Source of the DNA: Candidatus Bipolaricaulota bacterium
GTDB lineage: Bacteria > Bipolaricaulota > Bipolaricaulia > M55B111
NCBI GenBank assembly: GCA_018334915.1
Contig: JAGXLB010000001.1
Location: 11,017-75,016, forward strand
DNA: 64,000 nucleotides
Reading direction: 5' to 3'
Part shown: positions 1-9,117 of the stretch, piece by piece
Layout of the letters: each line of letters begins with the position of its first letter
How positions within the stretch are numbered: position 1 is the first letter of the stretch
Position numbers and translations under genes: made by a program
The notes under the pieces: model-generated
The model's database searches: none
Told to the model about the DNA's origin: nothing
What the model saw: the letters and a program-made list of their open reading frames with translations, nothing else

Positions 1-1673
1 AATGTGAAGTAAAATGTCGTTCCTTCTCCTAGTTCGGACTCCGCCCAGATCTCACCGCGATGTTCTTCAACAATTCTTTTACATACTGCAAGGCCTATGC
101 CGGTTCCTTCAGGATTGTCCCTGGGATTAAGTTTCTCGAAAACTTTAAAGATCTTTTCCAGATACCTGTCTTTTATCCCCTGCCCGTTATCTCTGACCCA
201 GAGGAGATATTTATTTGATTGTTTTTCCCAACCAACTTCTACTTTTGGAGTCTCTTTATCGTTGTATTTGACCGCGTTCGTGATCAGGTTACTAAACAGT
301 TCCGTCAAAAGTGTTCTATTGCCGTATACCCGGGGCAAGTCGTCTGGTACGACAAAGTTAACTCCGTCCAAAAGGTATTTGAGGTCCTCCCGTAATTCGG
401 CAATGAGTTCGTCCAGGTCGATTTCATCGAACCCTTTATCCTCCATGTTAATGCTGGAATAAGTAAGCAGGCTTTCTATTCTGTCTCTGAGTCTCTGGGT
501 TGTATCGGAAAGTGCCTGAAGTGCCCTAATTCCTTGCTGATCGAGGTCTTCTTCGTAATCCTCAAGCAGTATATGGCTGTAACCCTCGAGAGTCTGAAGC
601 GGTGCCTTCAGGTCGTGGGATACCCCTCTGGAAAATTCCTCCAGCTTTTCGTTGCTTTTTTTTAGCCGTTCGGTCTGTCTCCTTAGGTCTTCCTCTAGCT
701 GTTTAACCTCGGTGATGTCAATATAGTGTTCAATCCGGCCACCTTCGTAACGATCAGTCTCTATCGGTATGCTTCGATATTCCAGTATTCGCTGGGTCTT
801 TCCGTATTCGTTTGTTATCGAGCAGACGTGACTGTTTATCCTGGTATTTTCTCCGTGTGCCTTCTCTGCAACTTTGGTAAATTCTTCCGTATCCTCGAAC
901 GAACCAGCGTAATAACCCATCGCTCGTTCGGCAGACAGGCCCATTAACTCCCGTCTGTCTAGATCGAAGAAAACTTCCATAGTTTTGTTAACCCAGACTA
1001 CCTCTCCCTGTTTGTCGATCAGTACCACGGCGGAGTCAAGGGTGTCAATAGCGTCCTCTATTAGGTATCTGTATCTGGCACCGGATTCCCTTAGTCTCTT
1101 CATTAACCGGTTTATTTTTTTGTTATTCGTAAACTCGAGAATCCCCGCCTGTTCCGTGACCTTGCAACCTTTCATAGTAGTGGGAATCGTTTTAGGTGAG
1201 TTGTTTCCAGGAGCTGGTTTTTCGACCAACCTGACGTCTATTCCACTGCGGGTGCCGCTCGGGCGTCGACCTCTTTCACTGAATATGTTCTTTAACTGTT
1301 TTTTTACCAGATCAAGATCTTCCGGATGAACTATCTCCGCAAGGTGAAGGTTCTCAACGTTATCTTGACTGAGGACCTCTCGGGAAGCCTTGTTTGCCCG
1401 AAGGATGTTGCCTTCTCGGTTTACCAGGTAAAGTATGTTGGAGGAGTTGTTAAAAAGCTTCGTTGCGTATTTTTGCGCTCCCCATCCCTGAAGCTGTCTG
1501 GAAGTTTTTAGTGAAAATTTTTCCGAAAAGTAAAGGATGCCTGTAATAAGAAGCGGTACGACAATCAATATTCCAACGACGATGGGGTTGGTGATCGGAA
1601 TTACAAGCACGGCGACTGCCAAAATAACAAAACTTAGCCCAAGCACAGCAATGTATCTTTTCAACGTGATCAC
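1..1673 (-). CDS. PAS-domain sensor histidine kinase (5' partial; C-terminus runs off the window start)
   Basis: Reverse-strand translation gives an N-terminal transmembrane segment (LKRYIAVLGLSFVILAVAVLVIPITNPIVVGILIVVPLLITG), PAS-like regions, a His-kinase dimerisation box (FSRGVSHDLKAPLQTLEGY) and an HATPase_c domain (VRDNGQGIKDRYLEKIFKVFEKL...GTGIGLAVCKRIVEEHRGEIWAESELGEGTTFYFT). Probable GTG start at 1673. The plus-strand ORFs 97..462, 726..947, 985..1329 and 1326..1511 are antisense frames. Confidence 0.8.
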   Translation of the reverse strand, partial: MITLKRYIAVLGLSFVILAVAVLVIPITNPIVVGILIVVPLLITGILYFSEKFSLKTSRQLQGWGAQKYATKLFNNSSNILYLVNREGNILRANKASREVLSQDNVENLHLAEIVHPEDLDLVKKQLKNIFSERGRRPSGTRSGIDVRLVEKPAPGNNSPKTIPTTMKGCKVTEQAGILEFTNNKKINRLMKRLRESGARYRYLIEDAIDTLDSAVVLIDKQGEVVWVNKTMEVFFDLDRRELMGLSAERAMGYYAGSFEDTEEFTKVAEKAHGENTRINSHVCSITNEYGKTQRILEYRSIPIETDRYEGGRIEHYIDITEVKQLEEDLRRQTERLKKSNEKLEEFSRGVSHDLKAPLQTLEGYSHILLEDYEEDLDQQGIRALQALSDTTQRLRDRIESLLTYSSINMEDKGFDEIDLDELIAELREDLKYLLDGVNFVVPDDLPRVYGNRTLLTELFSNLITNAVKYNDKETPKVEVGWEKQSNKYLLWVRDNGQGIKDRYLEKIFKVFEKLNPRDNPEGTGIGLAVCKRIVEEHRGEIWAESELGEGTTFYFT

Positions 1674-1799
1674 GTAAAAATTTTTTAGCTCCTAAGGGTC
1701 CAGTTTTCTCGTACAATTAGGGGAGAAAACGTCGCTCACCAAAGATAACATAAAAATTTTCCTTCGGCAAGGACAGGGATCACTCAGGAGCGTGAGTAC

Positions 1800-2474
1800 T
1801 CATATGATGAGGTTTTGGTCGAGGGTTATTGGGAAAGAAGCAGCAAGTTCCTCTATGCTTTCCTCGTCTAGAATATCTATCTTTCTGTCTCGCATTTTGA
1901 TAAATCCTCGGTCCTCCAATTCTCCCAACGTTCGAATGGCAGTTTTAGAGGAGACCCCGGCCAACTCGGCCAGCTCGGATCGAGAGAGTTCTATCCCTTC
2001 CCGACCCAGTCTCAATATGAACCGAGCCAACCTTTCTTTGCTGCTGTTGTAAGACCTTTCAGCAAGTTTACTCTGAAACGCCTTCAATTCTTCCGACATT
2101 TTGGCGAAAACCCGGAAGACGATTTCGGGATGTTTTTCCAGAAAGTAGAAGAAATTGCCCCGTTCAATAAAACCTACTTCTACGTCGGTAAGAGTCTTGG
2201 CGAATGCGATGTGTGTACCCTTATCGAAGAGAGTAGTCTCTCCTATATATTCCCCGGGGCCAACCAGCTTGAGTATTTGTTTTTTTCCCCGGAGCGTTCG
2301 CTTGACCAGCTTTACGAGACCATCATTGATGAGATAGAATCCGAATGAAGGAGCTCCTTCCTGAAAAATGATTTCTTCAGGGCCGTAGTTGATGCTTTTA
2401 ACCTCTCCCTGGAGTTCAGAAAGGCTCTGTTCGTCTAGATCGCTGAAAATCTTGATTTCTTTAAGGTTAGCCAT
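1800..2474 (-). CDS. Crp/Fnr-family transcriptional regulator (cNMP-binding plus HTH)
   Basis: 224 aa; cNMP-binding fold (FQEGAPSFGFYLINDGLVKL...GPGEYIGETTLF) followed by a C-terminal HTH (RSELAELAGVSSKTAIRTLGELEDRGFI). Confidence 0.8.
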   Translation of the reverse strand: MANLKEIKIFSDLDEQSLSELQGEVKSINYGPEEIIFQEGAPSFGFYLINDGLVKLVKRTLRGKKQILKLVGPGEYIGETTLFDKGTHIAFAKTLTDVEVGFIERGNFFYFLEKHPEIVFRVFAKMSEELKAFQSKLAERSYNSSKERLARFILRLGREGIELSRSELAELAGVSSKTAIRTLGELEDRGFIKMRDRKIDILDEESIEELAASFPITLDQNLII

Positions 2475-2506
2475 AATATGTCCTAAGACTTCTGGTTAAA
2501 CTTTCG

Positions 2507-2956
2507 TTAAACGAGTCCGGAGTTATCGTATTCTCTCAGAGTAGATAACACCAGTGAAGTATTCGTAGTCTCTATGTGAGGACTCTGGACGAGGTCAACT
2601 AATTTGTCAGTCATTCCTTCTCTGCTCTTGAACTTTCCGACACCGATCACGTCGAAATCCCCTGTAGTTTCGTAAATATGCGTTAAACAGGGATAGGCCT
2701 CCATCTCATCCAGGACCTTTGAAAGGTCATCGCTTTTTGCTTTCACTTTGATGATTGCGGTTAGTGAATAATCCAGTTCACCCAGATTTAACTTTAGTCC
2801 AAATTTTTCTATAACTCCTTCCTCTTTCATCTTCTGGACTCTATTACTTACGGTAGTCGGGGAAACATCGAGTTCCCCAGCGATATGCCTTAAGGACATT
2901 CGACTATCCTCTTCTAGATATCTTATGATTTCAAGGTCTCTATCAGTTAGTTTCAT
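2507..2956 (-). CDS. Lrp/AsnC-family transcriptional regulator
   Basis: 149 aa; N-terminal HTH (DRDLEIIRYLEEDSRMSLRHIAGELDVSPTTVSNRVQKMKEEGVI) plus a C-terminal RAM/ACT-like domain. Confidence 0.85.
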   Translation of the reverse strand: MKLTDRDLEIIRYLEEDSRMSLRHIAGELDVSPTTVSNRVQKMKEEGVIEKFGLKLNLGELDYSLTAIIKVKAKSDDLSKVLDEMEAYPCLTHIYETTGDFDVIGVGKFKSREGMTDKLVDLVQSPHIETTNTSLVLSTLREYDNSGLV

Positions 2957-3031
2957 ACCACTAGAATAGCAATATAAATTTGGTTTGTCAAGGTTATCCC
3001 GGTCAGGGTCTAATCAAAGTAGCTAAATCAG

Positions 3032-4558
3032 TTATTCCCATTCCATTGTTGCGGGTGGTTTATTGGAAACGTCGTATAAAACCCTGTTTACGCGGTCTAT
3101 CTCGTTGGTGATCCTCGTCGACATACTTTCCAGCACCTTAAAAGGAATCCTGGCGAAGTTCGCCGTCATCGCATCTTCCGATTCAACTATCCTAAGGGCG
3201 ATCGGGTATTTGTAACTCCGCAGGTCGCCCTGAACTCCGACACTTTTAACCGGTAGCAGAACTGCAAACCCCATCCATACGTCCTCGTAGAGTCCAGCTG
3301 ACTTAAGTTCGTTTTCGACTATATTGCTGGCGTGGCGGACTATCTCTACTCTTTTCGGTGTAACCTCCCCGACTATTCTGATTGCCAGTCCGGGACCGGG
3401 AAACACGTGCCGGTTAATTATTTCTTCCGGGAGCCCAAGAGATTTTCCTATTTGTCTGACCTCGTCCTTGTACAGGTCTTTTAATGGTTCGTAGATGTCT
3501 AGATCAACCTTTTCGGGAAGACCTCCAACGTTGTGATGGGACTTGATGGTGTCGGAGTGGGTGGTAGATCCACTCTCTATTATGTCGGAATATATCGTTC
3601 CCTGAACCAGAACTTCGGCACCTATTGATCTTGCCTTTTCGGTAAAAACTTCGATAAAAGTGTTGCCAATTATCTTCCGTTTTTCCTCCGGGTCCTTGAC
3701 ACCTTCCAATTTTTCTAGGAACTCTGCCTCTCTATCCAAGACTATAAGTTCCAGATCTGAATTTTCGAAGGTGCTTTTAATTGAATTAGTTTCTCCCTGT
3801 CTCATCAACCCGGTGTCTACGTAAATAGCGGTAAGATCATTTCCAATTGCTTTACCTACTATCCTGGCAGCAGTGGTTGAGTCTACGCCTCCGGAGAGGC
3901 CAATTATCGCTTTCCTGGTCCCAATGTAATCTTTGGCTCGATCTACCAGCTTCGGGGCAAGCCCACTCGGATCCCAGTCTCGTTTCGCCTCGCAGATTGA
4001 TAGAGCAAAATTTTCCAGGACTTTCTCGCCTTTACTTGTGTGAGTGACCTCGGGGTGAAACTGAACACCGTATCGCCCTGAATTATTGGCAAATGCAGCT
4101 ATCGGACTGGACTCTGTAGAGGCAACGACAGAATATTTTTCAGGCATGGAAACTACTCTGTCTTTATGGTTCATCCAGACTTCCTCCTGTTCGTTCAATC
4201 CCCTCAATAACTCGGAGTTGGGGACGGTCAAGCTAAGATTTGAGATACCGTATTCACCGACGTCGCCCGATTCTACTTTGCCCCCGGTCATGTGGGCGAG
4301 GAGCTGATGACCATAACAAATACCCAGAATCGGTACTTTCAGGTCAAGAATCTCCCGGTCGGGTTTTGGAGAATCGTCAGCATAGACGGATGCTGCTCCT
4401 CCTGAGAGAATTACCCCTCTCAAGTCGTCAATCTTCTCCAGTGATTCCTTTGTCCTCCTGGGGGAAATAACTTCCGCGTAAACTCCCATGTCCCTGATTC
4501 TTCGCCCGATCAGATGAGAGTATTGCCCCCCGAAATCCATAACAACTATCGTGTCCAC
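3032..4558 (-). CDS. guaA: GMP synthase (glutamine-hydrolysing)
   Basis: 508 aa; class-I glutamine amidotransferase N-terminus (ILGICYGHQLL), ATP-pyrophosphatase PP-loop (SGGVDSTTAA) and the GMP synthase C-terminal dimerisation domain ending ...PATMEWE. Confidence 0.95.
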   Translation of the reverse strand: MDTIVVMDFGGQYSHLIGRRIRDMGVYAEVISPRRTKESLEKIDDLRGVILSGGAASVYADDSPKPDREILDLKVPILGICYGHQLLAHMTGGKVESGDVGEYGISNLSLTVPNSELLRGLNEQEEVWMNHKDRVVSMPEKYSVVASTESSPIAAFANNSGRYGVQFHPEVTHTSKGEKVLENFALSICEAKRDWDPSGLAPKLVDRAKDYIGTRKAIIGLSGGVDSTTAARIVGKAIGNDLTAIYVDTGLMRQGETNSIKSTFENSDLELIVLDREAEFLEKLEGVKDPEEKRKIIGNTFIEVFTEKARSIGAEVLVQGTIYSDIIESGSTTHSDTIKSHHNVGGLPEKVDLDIYEPLKDLYKDEVRQIGKSLGLPEEIINRHVFPGPGLAIRIVGEVTPKRVEIVRHASNIVENELKSAGLYEDVWMGFAVLLPVKSVGVQGDLRSYKYPIALRIVESEDAMTANFARIPFKVLESMSTRITNEIDRVNRVLYDVSNKPPATMEWE

Positions 4559-4934
4559 GGTGTTGATACTTCCTCCCGTTAATCCCGATGTTGATGCTCT
4601 TTACGGTTTATTGCAGACTTACAAAAACTCGCCCAGGTCACCCCGGGGACGTCGACTGGCATTTATGAAACCTCGGACATTTCACCCTTCCTCGCACAGC
4701 TGGATAAGGTCAGCCCCGTTAAGTCGAAAGACTAAAGCTATTGTAGCGAAAATAATAATTGATCTAACTTGGAATTAACAGAGCCGAATTGGTGGATGGA
4801 ACCCGGGATTGCTGGCCGGAGAAAAGTTAGTTTTCTTGCTGGTCTCGGTCCGGTACAATTCTTGGAAGAGAAGTCAGGCGAGACCTATTTCTTGAAAATA
4901 TCCTAAGTTTAAAACCTTCACGGAGGAAAAGAGA

Positions 4935-5753
4935 ATGAACTTAGTTAACAGAATTTCGAAGGACGAGGAAGTTCTGATAATGGGTATCTTAAACGTAACA
5001 CCTGACTCCTTTTCGGATGGTGGAAGATTTTTAACCCGGGATAAAGCAAAACGAAGGGCGCTTGAGATGGAAGAAAACGGGGCCGATATTGTCGACATTG
5101 GTGGAGAATCAACCCGGCCGGGCGCGGAAAAAGTCGATCTGGATGTCGAGCTGGAACGGACGATCCCGGTCATAAAAGCGGTAAGGAAGGAAACTAATAT
5201 TCCTATTTCCATTGACACGTACAAATCCGAGGTAGCAAGGGAGGCCCTGGATGCAGGAGCGGATATCGTGAACGATATTAGCGCTCTTCGGTTTGACCCG
5301 GAACTCGGTCGGCTAGTCGGTGAGAGGGGCGTACCAGTTATCTTGATGCACATGCAGGGTAAGCCGAAGACCATGCAGAAAAACCCGACTTACGAAGATC
5401 CTGTGGGAGATATTAAAGTGTTTTTGAATGATAGAATCGGGGAAGCAGTTGACTTAGGAATATCCCGGGATAAAATTATTGTCGATCCCGGAATTGGGTT
5501 CGGGAAGAAGTACGAAGACAACTACGAAATACTTCGCAGGTTGGAAGAGTTCAAGGCTCTGGATTCTCCCCTATTGCTAGGAACCTCAAGGAAATCATTT
5601 ATCGGTGATACGCTAGATCTACCTGCAGGGGAGAGAGTTGAGGGAACTATTGCCAGTAACGTGGTAGGGGTCCTAAAGGGGGCAAGTATTCTCCGTGTGC
5701 ACGACGTGAAGGAAAATTATCGTGCCCTTAAAGTTGCAGTCCGGTGTCGGTAA
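4935..5753 (+). CDS. folP: Dihydropteroate synthase
   Basis: 272 aa; pterin-binding domain (ILNVTPDSFSDGG...VDIGGESTRPG...ISIDT...DIVNDISA...GIGFGK). Confidence 0.9.
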   Translation: MNLVNRISKDEEVLIMGILNVTPDSFSDGGRFLTRDKAKRRALEMEENGADIVDIGGESTRPGAEKVDLDVELERTIPVIKAVRKETNIPISIDTYKSEVAREALDAGADIVNDISALRFDPELGRLVGERGVPVILMHMQGKPKTMQKNPTYEDPVGDIKVFLNDRIGEAVDLGISRDKIIVDPGIGFGKKYEDNYEILRRLEEFKALDSPLLLGTSRKSFIGDTLDLPAGERVEGTIASNVVGVLKGASILRVHDVKENYRALKVAVRCR

Positions 5754-5820
5754 CCCCTTGCAAAAGAACAGTTAACCTGGTATCCCCAGGGCAGTGACAC
5801 CGGACTTTCCTTGCTTTTTA
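5739..5820. terminator. Putative bidirectional terminator between the convergent folP and amphi-Trp genes
   Basis: Perfect 10-bp inverted repeat GTCCGGTGTC (5739-5748) / GACACCGGAC (5796-5805) followed by the T-rich run TTTCCTTGCTTTTT. The loop is long (about 47 nt), so this is not a textbook intrinsic terminator. Confidence 0.3.
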
Positions 5821-5844
5821 GGTTTTACAAGACCCTATTTGGAA

Positions 5845-6126
5845 CTAGGTTCCCGTCTCGTCTTCCCTGAATTCAATCTCGATTTCGAGTTCTCGCTTTC
5901 CCAGTTTCTTGTTGTAATCCGTTTCGACCTCCAGGTTTATCGGTTCCTCAAAAGAAAACGTTGCTTCAGTCCCGACCATGGATACCGTTACTGCGTTGTC
6001 CTCCTTGAGCTGTCCAAGGAGTTCCTCGAGGAACGAGATCAGGTCCTGTTTGGTTACGTTCTGATCGTACTCGAATTCAGCGTCCAGCTCGTCGTTAGAA
6101 GAAGGTAGTTCTACCATTAAAAACAC
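5845..6126 (-). CDS. Small acidic protein, amphi-Trp-domain-like
   Basis: 93 aa, very acidic, ending ...KRELEIEIEFREDETGT, which resembles the amphi-Trp family pattern (conserved ELEIE(L/I)K(W/F) C-terminus). The antisense ORF 5794..6108 is rejected. Confidence 0.45.
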   Translation of the reverse strand: MFLMVELPSSNDELDAEFEYDQNVTKQDLISFLEELLGQLKEDNAVTVSMVGTEATFSFEEPINLEVETDYNKKLGKRELEIEIEFREDETGT

Positions 6127-6231
6127 CCCTGTGGTTATTTTGTGGTTATACTAAGAACGATACACATAGTTAGAATTCAGCTCTTTTACCAACGGCGGAC
6201 TTTTCCTCTGACTCGAATAACTGGTCTCTGC

Positions 6232-6310
6232 CCCTTGCCTGGCAACTCTTTTTAACCTTAAAACCTTAGTGTAGAGGTAATCCGGCAGCCAGGTAAGGCT
6301 CAGTGAGTTC
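6232..6310 (+). repeat. Intergenic repeat, Y-module copy 2 (related to 22246..22316)
   Basis: CCCTTGCCTGGCAACTCT...TAGAGGTAATCCGGCAGCCAGGTAAGGCTCAGTGAGTTC aligns with CCCTTACTTGGCAACTCT...TAGAGTAATTCGGCAGCCGGTTAATTGGAGTGAGTTTC at 22246-22316. It lies downstream of the aldo/keto reductase on the minus strand. Confidence 0.6.
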
Positions 6311-6517
6311 TTAGTAAAAAAACTGAAGTCAACCTTCACATATTAAGTTTCGCTTTCCTTAGATGGTGAAAGATTTGAGTAGAATTTTCTAATAATGTTA
6401 TCTAAATAAATACCCGAAGCCAACCGGACTAATTCCCTGGAAATTCTCAAGTTCGATTCAACTATAGGAAGAAAATATTGATCCAATAAAGCCTTGGATT
6501 CGGGTTTAAGCGGTACT

Positions 6518-7309
6518 TCAGTCTATCTTTGATTCGATTACGAGTTGATCTAACCTCTCAACGTCTCTCTCCTCCATTTCCCAGTCGAACAGGCTTAAGT
6601 TTTCCTTCAAATGTTTTTCCGAACTTGCTTTTGGTATTGCCAAAACGTTGGCCTGTCTTATCAACCATTTAAGTGCTATCTGGCCCGGTGTTTTTCCGTA
6701 CCTGGCACCGATTCGAGGCAGTTCTTCGCTTTGTAAGACCTTGCCTCGCCCGAGAGGGCTGTACGCAGTGAGGAGAATACCGTTTTCCTGACAGTAGTTC
6801 AGCATAGCGGTCAGGTCCATTCCCAGGTGATACTTTACCTGATTGTTAACTATCGGATTGGCCGACAGGTTCTGGGCTTTCTTCAGTTGCGTCTTGCTAA
6901 AATTACTTACACCGATGTGCCGGACCTTTCCTTCTTCTACGAGTTCGTTCATCGCTTTTATAGTTTCCTCAAGTGGAATTTCCGGGTTGGGCCAGTGAAT
7001 AAGCAGCAGGTCTAGGTACTCGGTATCCAGTCTTTTGAGACTTCCCTCAGCAGAACGCTTAAAATCCCTGTAATGCAGTTTGTCTTTCCACACCTTGGTT
7101 GTTACGAATAATTCCTCTCTTCGATGGTTTTTGATAGCTCTTCCAACTGCCTCTTCGTTGTCATAAAATATTGCCGTATCTATATGTCTATAGCCTATCT
7201 CTAAGGCTTTTTTCACTACCTCTTCGCATTCTTTGCCTCTTAGCTTCCACGTCCCCAGACCCAGGGTCGGAACCGAACAGGAATCTAGCGATTTTAACTC
7301 TCTTTTCAT
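6518..7309 (-). CDS. Aldo/keto reductase (2,5-diketo-D-gluconate reductase-like)
   Basis: 263 aa; AKR signatures (LGLGTWK, GYRHIDTA, LLLIHWP, IGVSNF, IPKASSEKHLKEN). Confidence 0.9.
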   Translation of the reverse strand: MKRELKSLDSCSVPTLGLGTWKLRGKECEEVVKKALEIGYRHIDTAIFYDNEEAVGRAIKNHRREELFVTTKVWKDKLHYRDFKRSAEGSLKRLDTEYLDLLLIHWPNPEIPLEETIKAMNELVEEGKVRHIGVSNFSKTQLKKAQNLSANPIVNNQVKYHLGMDLTAMLNYCQENGILLTAYSPLGRGKVLQSEELPRIGARYGKTPGQIALKWLIRQANVLAIPKASSEKHLKENLSLFDWEMEERDVERLDQLVIESKID

Positions 7310-7351
7310 CGTTATTACTCTCCTTGAGTAGAGGATTAATTCGCAATTCGT

Positions 7352-8623
7352 TTAACTCTCCGAATCCAGGCGATTCGTGATCTCAGACCTAAATTCGTCG
7401 AGCGAAACCGTGGTTTGATCACCCGTTTCCATATCTCTTAGCGTTATTTCACCCTCAGTTAGCTCTCTTGGACCAAGGATTGCCGTAATCTCGGCCCCGT
7501 ACCTGTCCGCGTATCCCAGCTGGCCCTGGAGGCTTTTATCAAGGTAGTCGATCTCCGCTCTGATACCTCCGTTCCGGAGTTCCTGAACCAGCTCCATGCC
7601 TGTTTGCTTGGTTTCTTCGTCCAGGGTTGCCAGGTAGATATCCAGTCCGTTCTTTTTCATTTCCACCCGCTCCAGTTCTTCGAGTAAAAGGACAAGCCTT
7701 TCTATTCCCCCTGCAAACCCCACGGCCGGAGTCGGATCGCCGCCAAATAGCTCGACCAGACCGTCGTATCGTCCGCCACCGACAAGCGCGTCCTGGGCTC
7801 CAAGATCGCTGGAAAATACCTCGAACACTGTTTTAGTGTAGTAATCCAACCCGCGGACAAGTTTCGGGTCGAGCTGGTAATCAAGCCCAAGTTGGTTCAG
7901 ATAACCCTTCACGGTGTCGAAATGGTCCTGACATTCAGAACATAGATAATCAGTGATCTCAGGTCCGTTCTCCACCACCTTCTGACAGGATTCTTCTTTA
8001 CAATCAAGTATTCTGAGGGGGTTGGTATCCAATCTCGCCCGGCAGTCGTTACAGAGCCGATCTTTTTCTGGTTCCAAATACTCTACCAGTTGATTGACGT
8101 AGTTGTTTCTATCTTCGGGACAGCCAATGCTGTTTAAGGTCAATCCGACTTCCTCAAGACCCAACGACCTCAAAAGATCCGTTGAGAGGCTGATCATCTC
8201 GGCATCCAGCGAGGGATCGCTGGAGCCTATTGCTTCGGCACCGTACTGGTGAAATTGCCGGGACCGGCCCTTTTGAGGCGACTCGTACCGGAACATCGGC
8301 CCCAGATAGTACCACTTTGATAACTCCTCCTTGCCATAGAACTTGTGTTCAAGGTAAGCTCTTACAACTGAAGCCGTATTTTCAGGACGTAAGGTCATCG
8401 ATCTGCCACCTTTATCCTCGAACGTATACATCTCTTTGGAAACGACGTCAGTCTCTTCGCCGACCCCCCTGGCGAATACCTCGGTTTTCTCCATAATTGG
8501 CGTTCTTATTTCTTCGTAACCATAGAGAGGCATGGTTGATCTTACTTCCCGTTCTACCGCGTGCCAGTAGGGCATATCCTCGGGCTTTATATCGTAGAGA
8601 CCTTTTGGAGCGTAATACTTCAT
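7352..8623 (-). CDS. hisS: Histidine--tRNA ligase
   Basis: 423 aa; class-II aaRS motifs (YGAEAIG..., GGGRYDGL) and an anticodon-binding C-terminus. Its start overlaps the ribH stop. Confidence 0.95.
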   Translation of the reverse strand: MKYYAPKGLYDIKPEDMPYWHAVEREVRSTMPLYGYEEIRTPIMEKTEVFARGVGEETDVVSKEMYTFEDKGGRSMTLRPENTASVVRAYLEHKFYGKEELSKWYYLGPMFRYESPQKGRSRQFHQYGAEAIGSSDPSLDAEMISLSTDLLRSLGLEEVGLTLNSIGCPEDRNNYVNQLVEYLEPEKDRLCNDCRARLDTNPLRILDCKEESCQKVVENGPEITDYLCSECQDHFDTVKGYLNQLGLDYQLDPKLVRGLDYYTKTVFEVFSSDLGAQDALVGGGRYDGLVELFGGDPTPAVGFAGGIERLVLLLEELERVEMKKNGLDIYLATLDEETKQTGMELVQELRNGGIRAEIDYLDKSLQGQLGYADRYGAEITAILGPRELTEGEITLRDMETGDQTTVSLDEFRSEITNRLDSES

Positions 8624-9099
8624 TTGCCTTCCTCGGTGATTCTACTTTCCAGGTTTATCATTTCTACCAGCGCTTCAGCCGCTTCATTTCCTTTATTGCC
8701 CTGCTTTGCCCCGGCTCGGTCTATTGCCTGGTCAAGCGTGTCCGCGGTGATCAATCCAAAAGTAACCGGTATATCACCTTCGAGGTTCAACTGAGCCAGA
8801 CCCTTTGATGTCTCGTTGGCTACATAATCGAAATGAGGTGTTTCACCCCTGATAATCGCGCCCAGCGCTACTATTCCATCGTAATCTCCTGATTCTTCCA
8901 TTTTTCTTACTGCTCTGGGTAACTCAAATGAACCGGGAACGTAGGCCACCGTCGCATTATCCCAGTCCCCCCCCAACCTCGTGAGCTTGTCTTTTGCTCC
9001 GGAGAGGAGTCTATCGGTGACCAGGCTATTAAACCTGCTGATCACTATCCCTATTTTTAGCCCAGACGCGTCTAACTTGCCTTCTAAATTGTGAGACAC
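8620..9099 (-). CDS. ribH: 6,7-dimethyl-8-ribityllumazine synthase
   Basis: 159 aa; IGIVISRFN...VPGSFELP...GAIIRGETPHFDYV. Confidence 0.95.
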   Translation of the reverse strand: MSHNLEGKLDASGLKIGIVISRFNSLVTDRLLSGAKDKLTRLGGDWDNATVAYVPGSFELPRAVRKMEESGDYDGIVALGAIIRGETPHFDYVANETSKGLAQLNLEGDIPVTFGLITADTLDQAIDRAGAKQGNKGNEAAEALVEMINLESRITEEGK

Positions 9100-9117
9100 T
9101 GTTACCTCCCGTTGAGA

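Noticed and set aside
97-1716. ORF-track entries 97..462(+), 726..947(+), 985..1329(+), 1326..1511(+) and 1450..1716(-)
   Set aside because: All lie inside the minus-strand histidine kinase. The plus-strand ones are antisense frames. 1450..1716(-) is out of frame with the kinase, whose GTG start is at 1673.
4559-4934. ZTP (pfl) or purine riboswitch in the divergent guaA/folP intergenic region, suggested by a GACTGGCA / CCCCGGGG / CCTGGGCG cluster
   Set aside because: The motifs are on the wrong strand and in the wrong order, and their spacing is far too tight for the pfl fold. No purine-riboswitch U/A-rich core or P1/P2/P3 arrangement is seen.
4874-5374. 166-aa minus-strand ORF overlapping folP
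   Set aside because: Ser/Thr/Pro-rich low-complexity translation of the folP antisense strand; no start context; folP has clear domain evidence.
5794-6108. 104-aa plus-strand ORF antisense to the amphi-Trp-like gene
   Set aside because: The minus-strand frame has a coherent acidic, helical protein with a family-like C-terminal motif; the plus-strand frame is Phe/Leu-rich and an antisense artefact.
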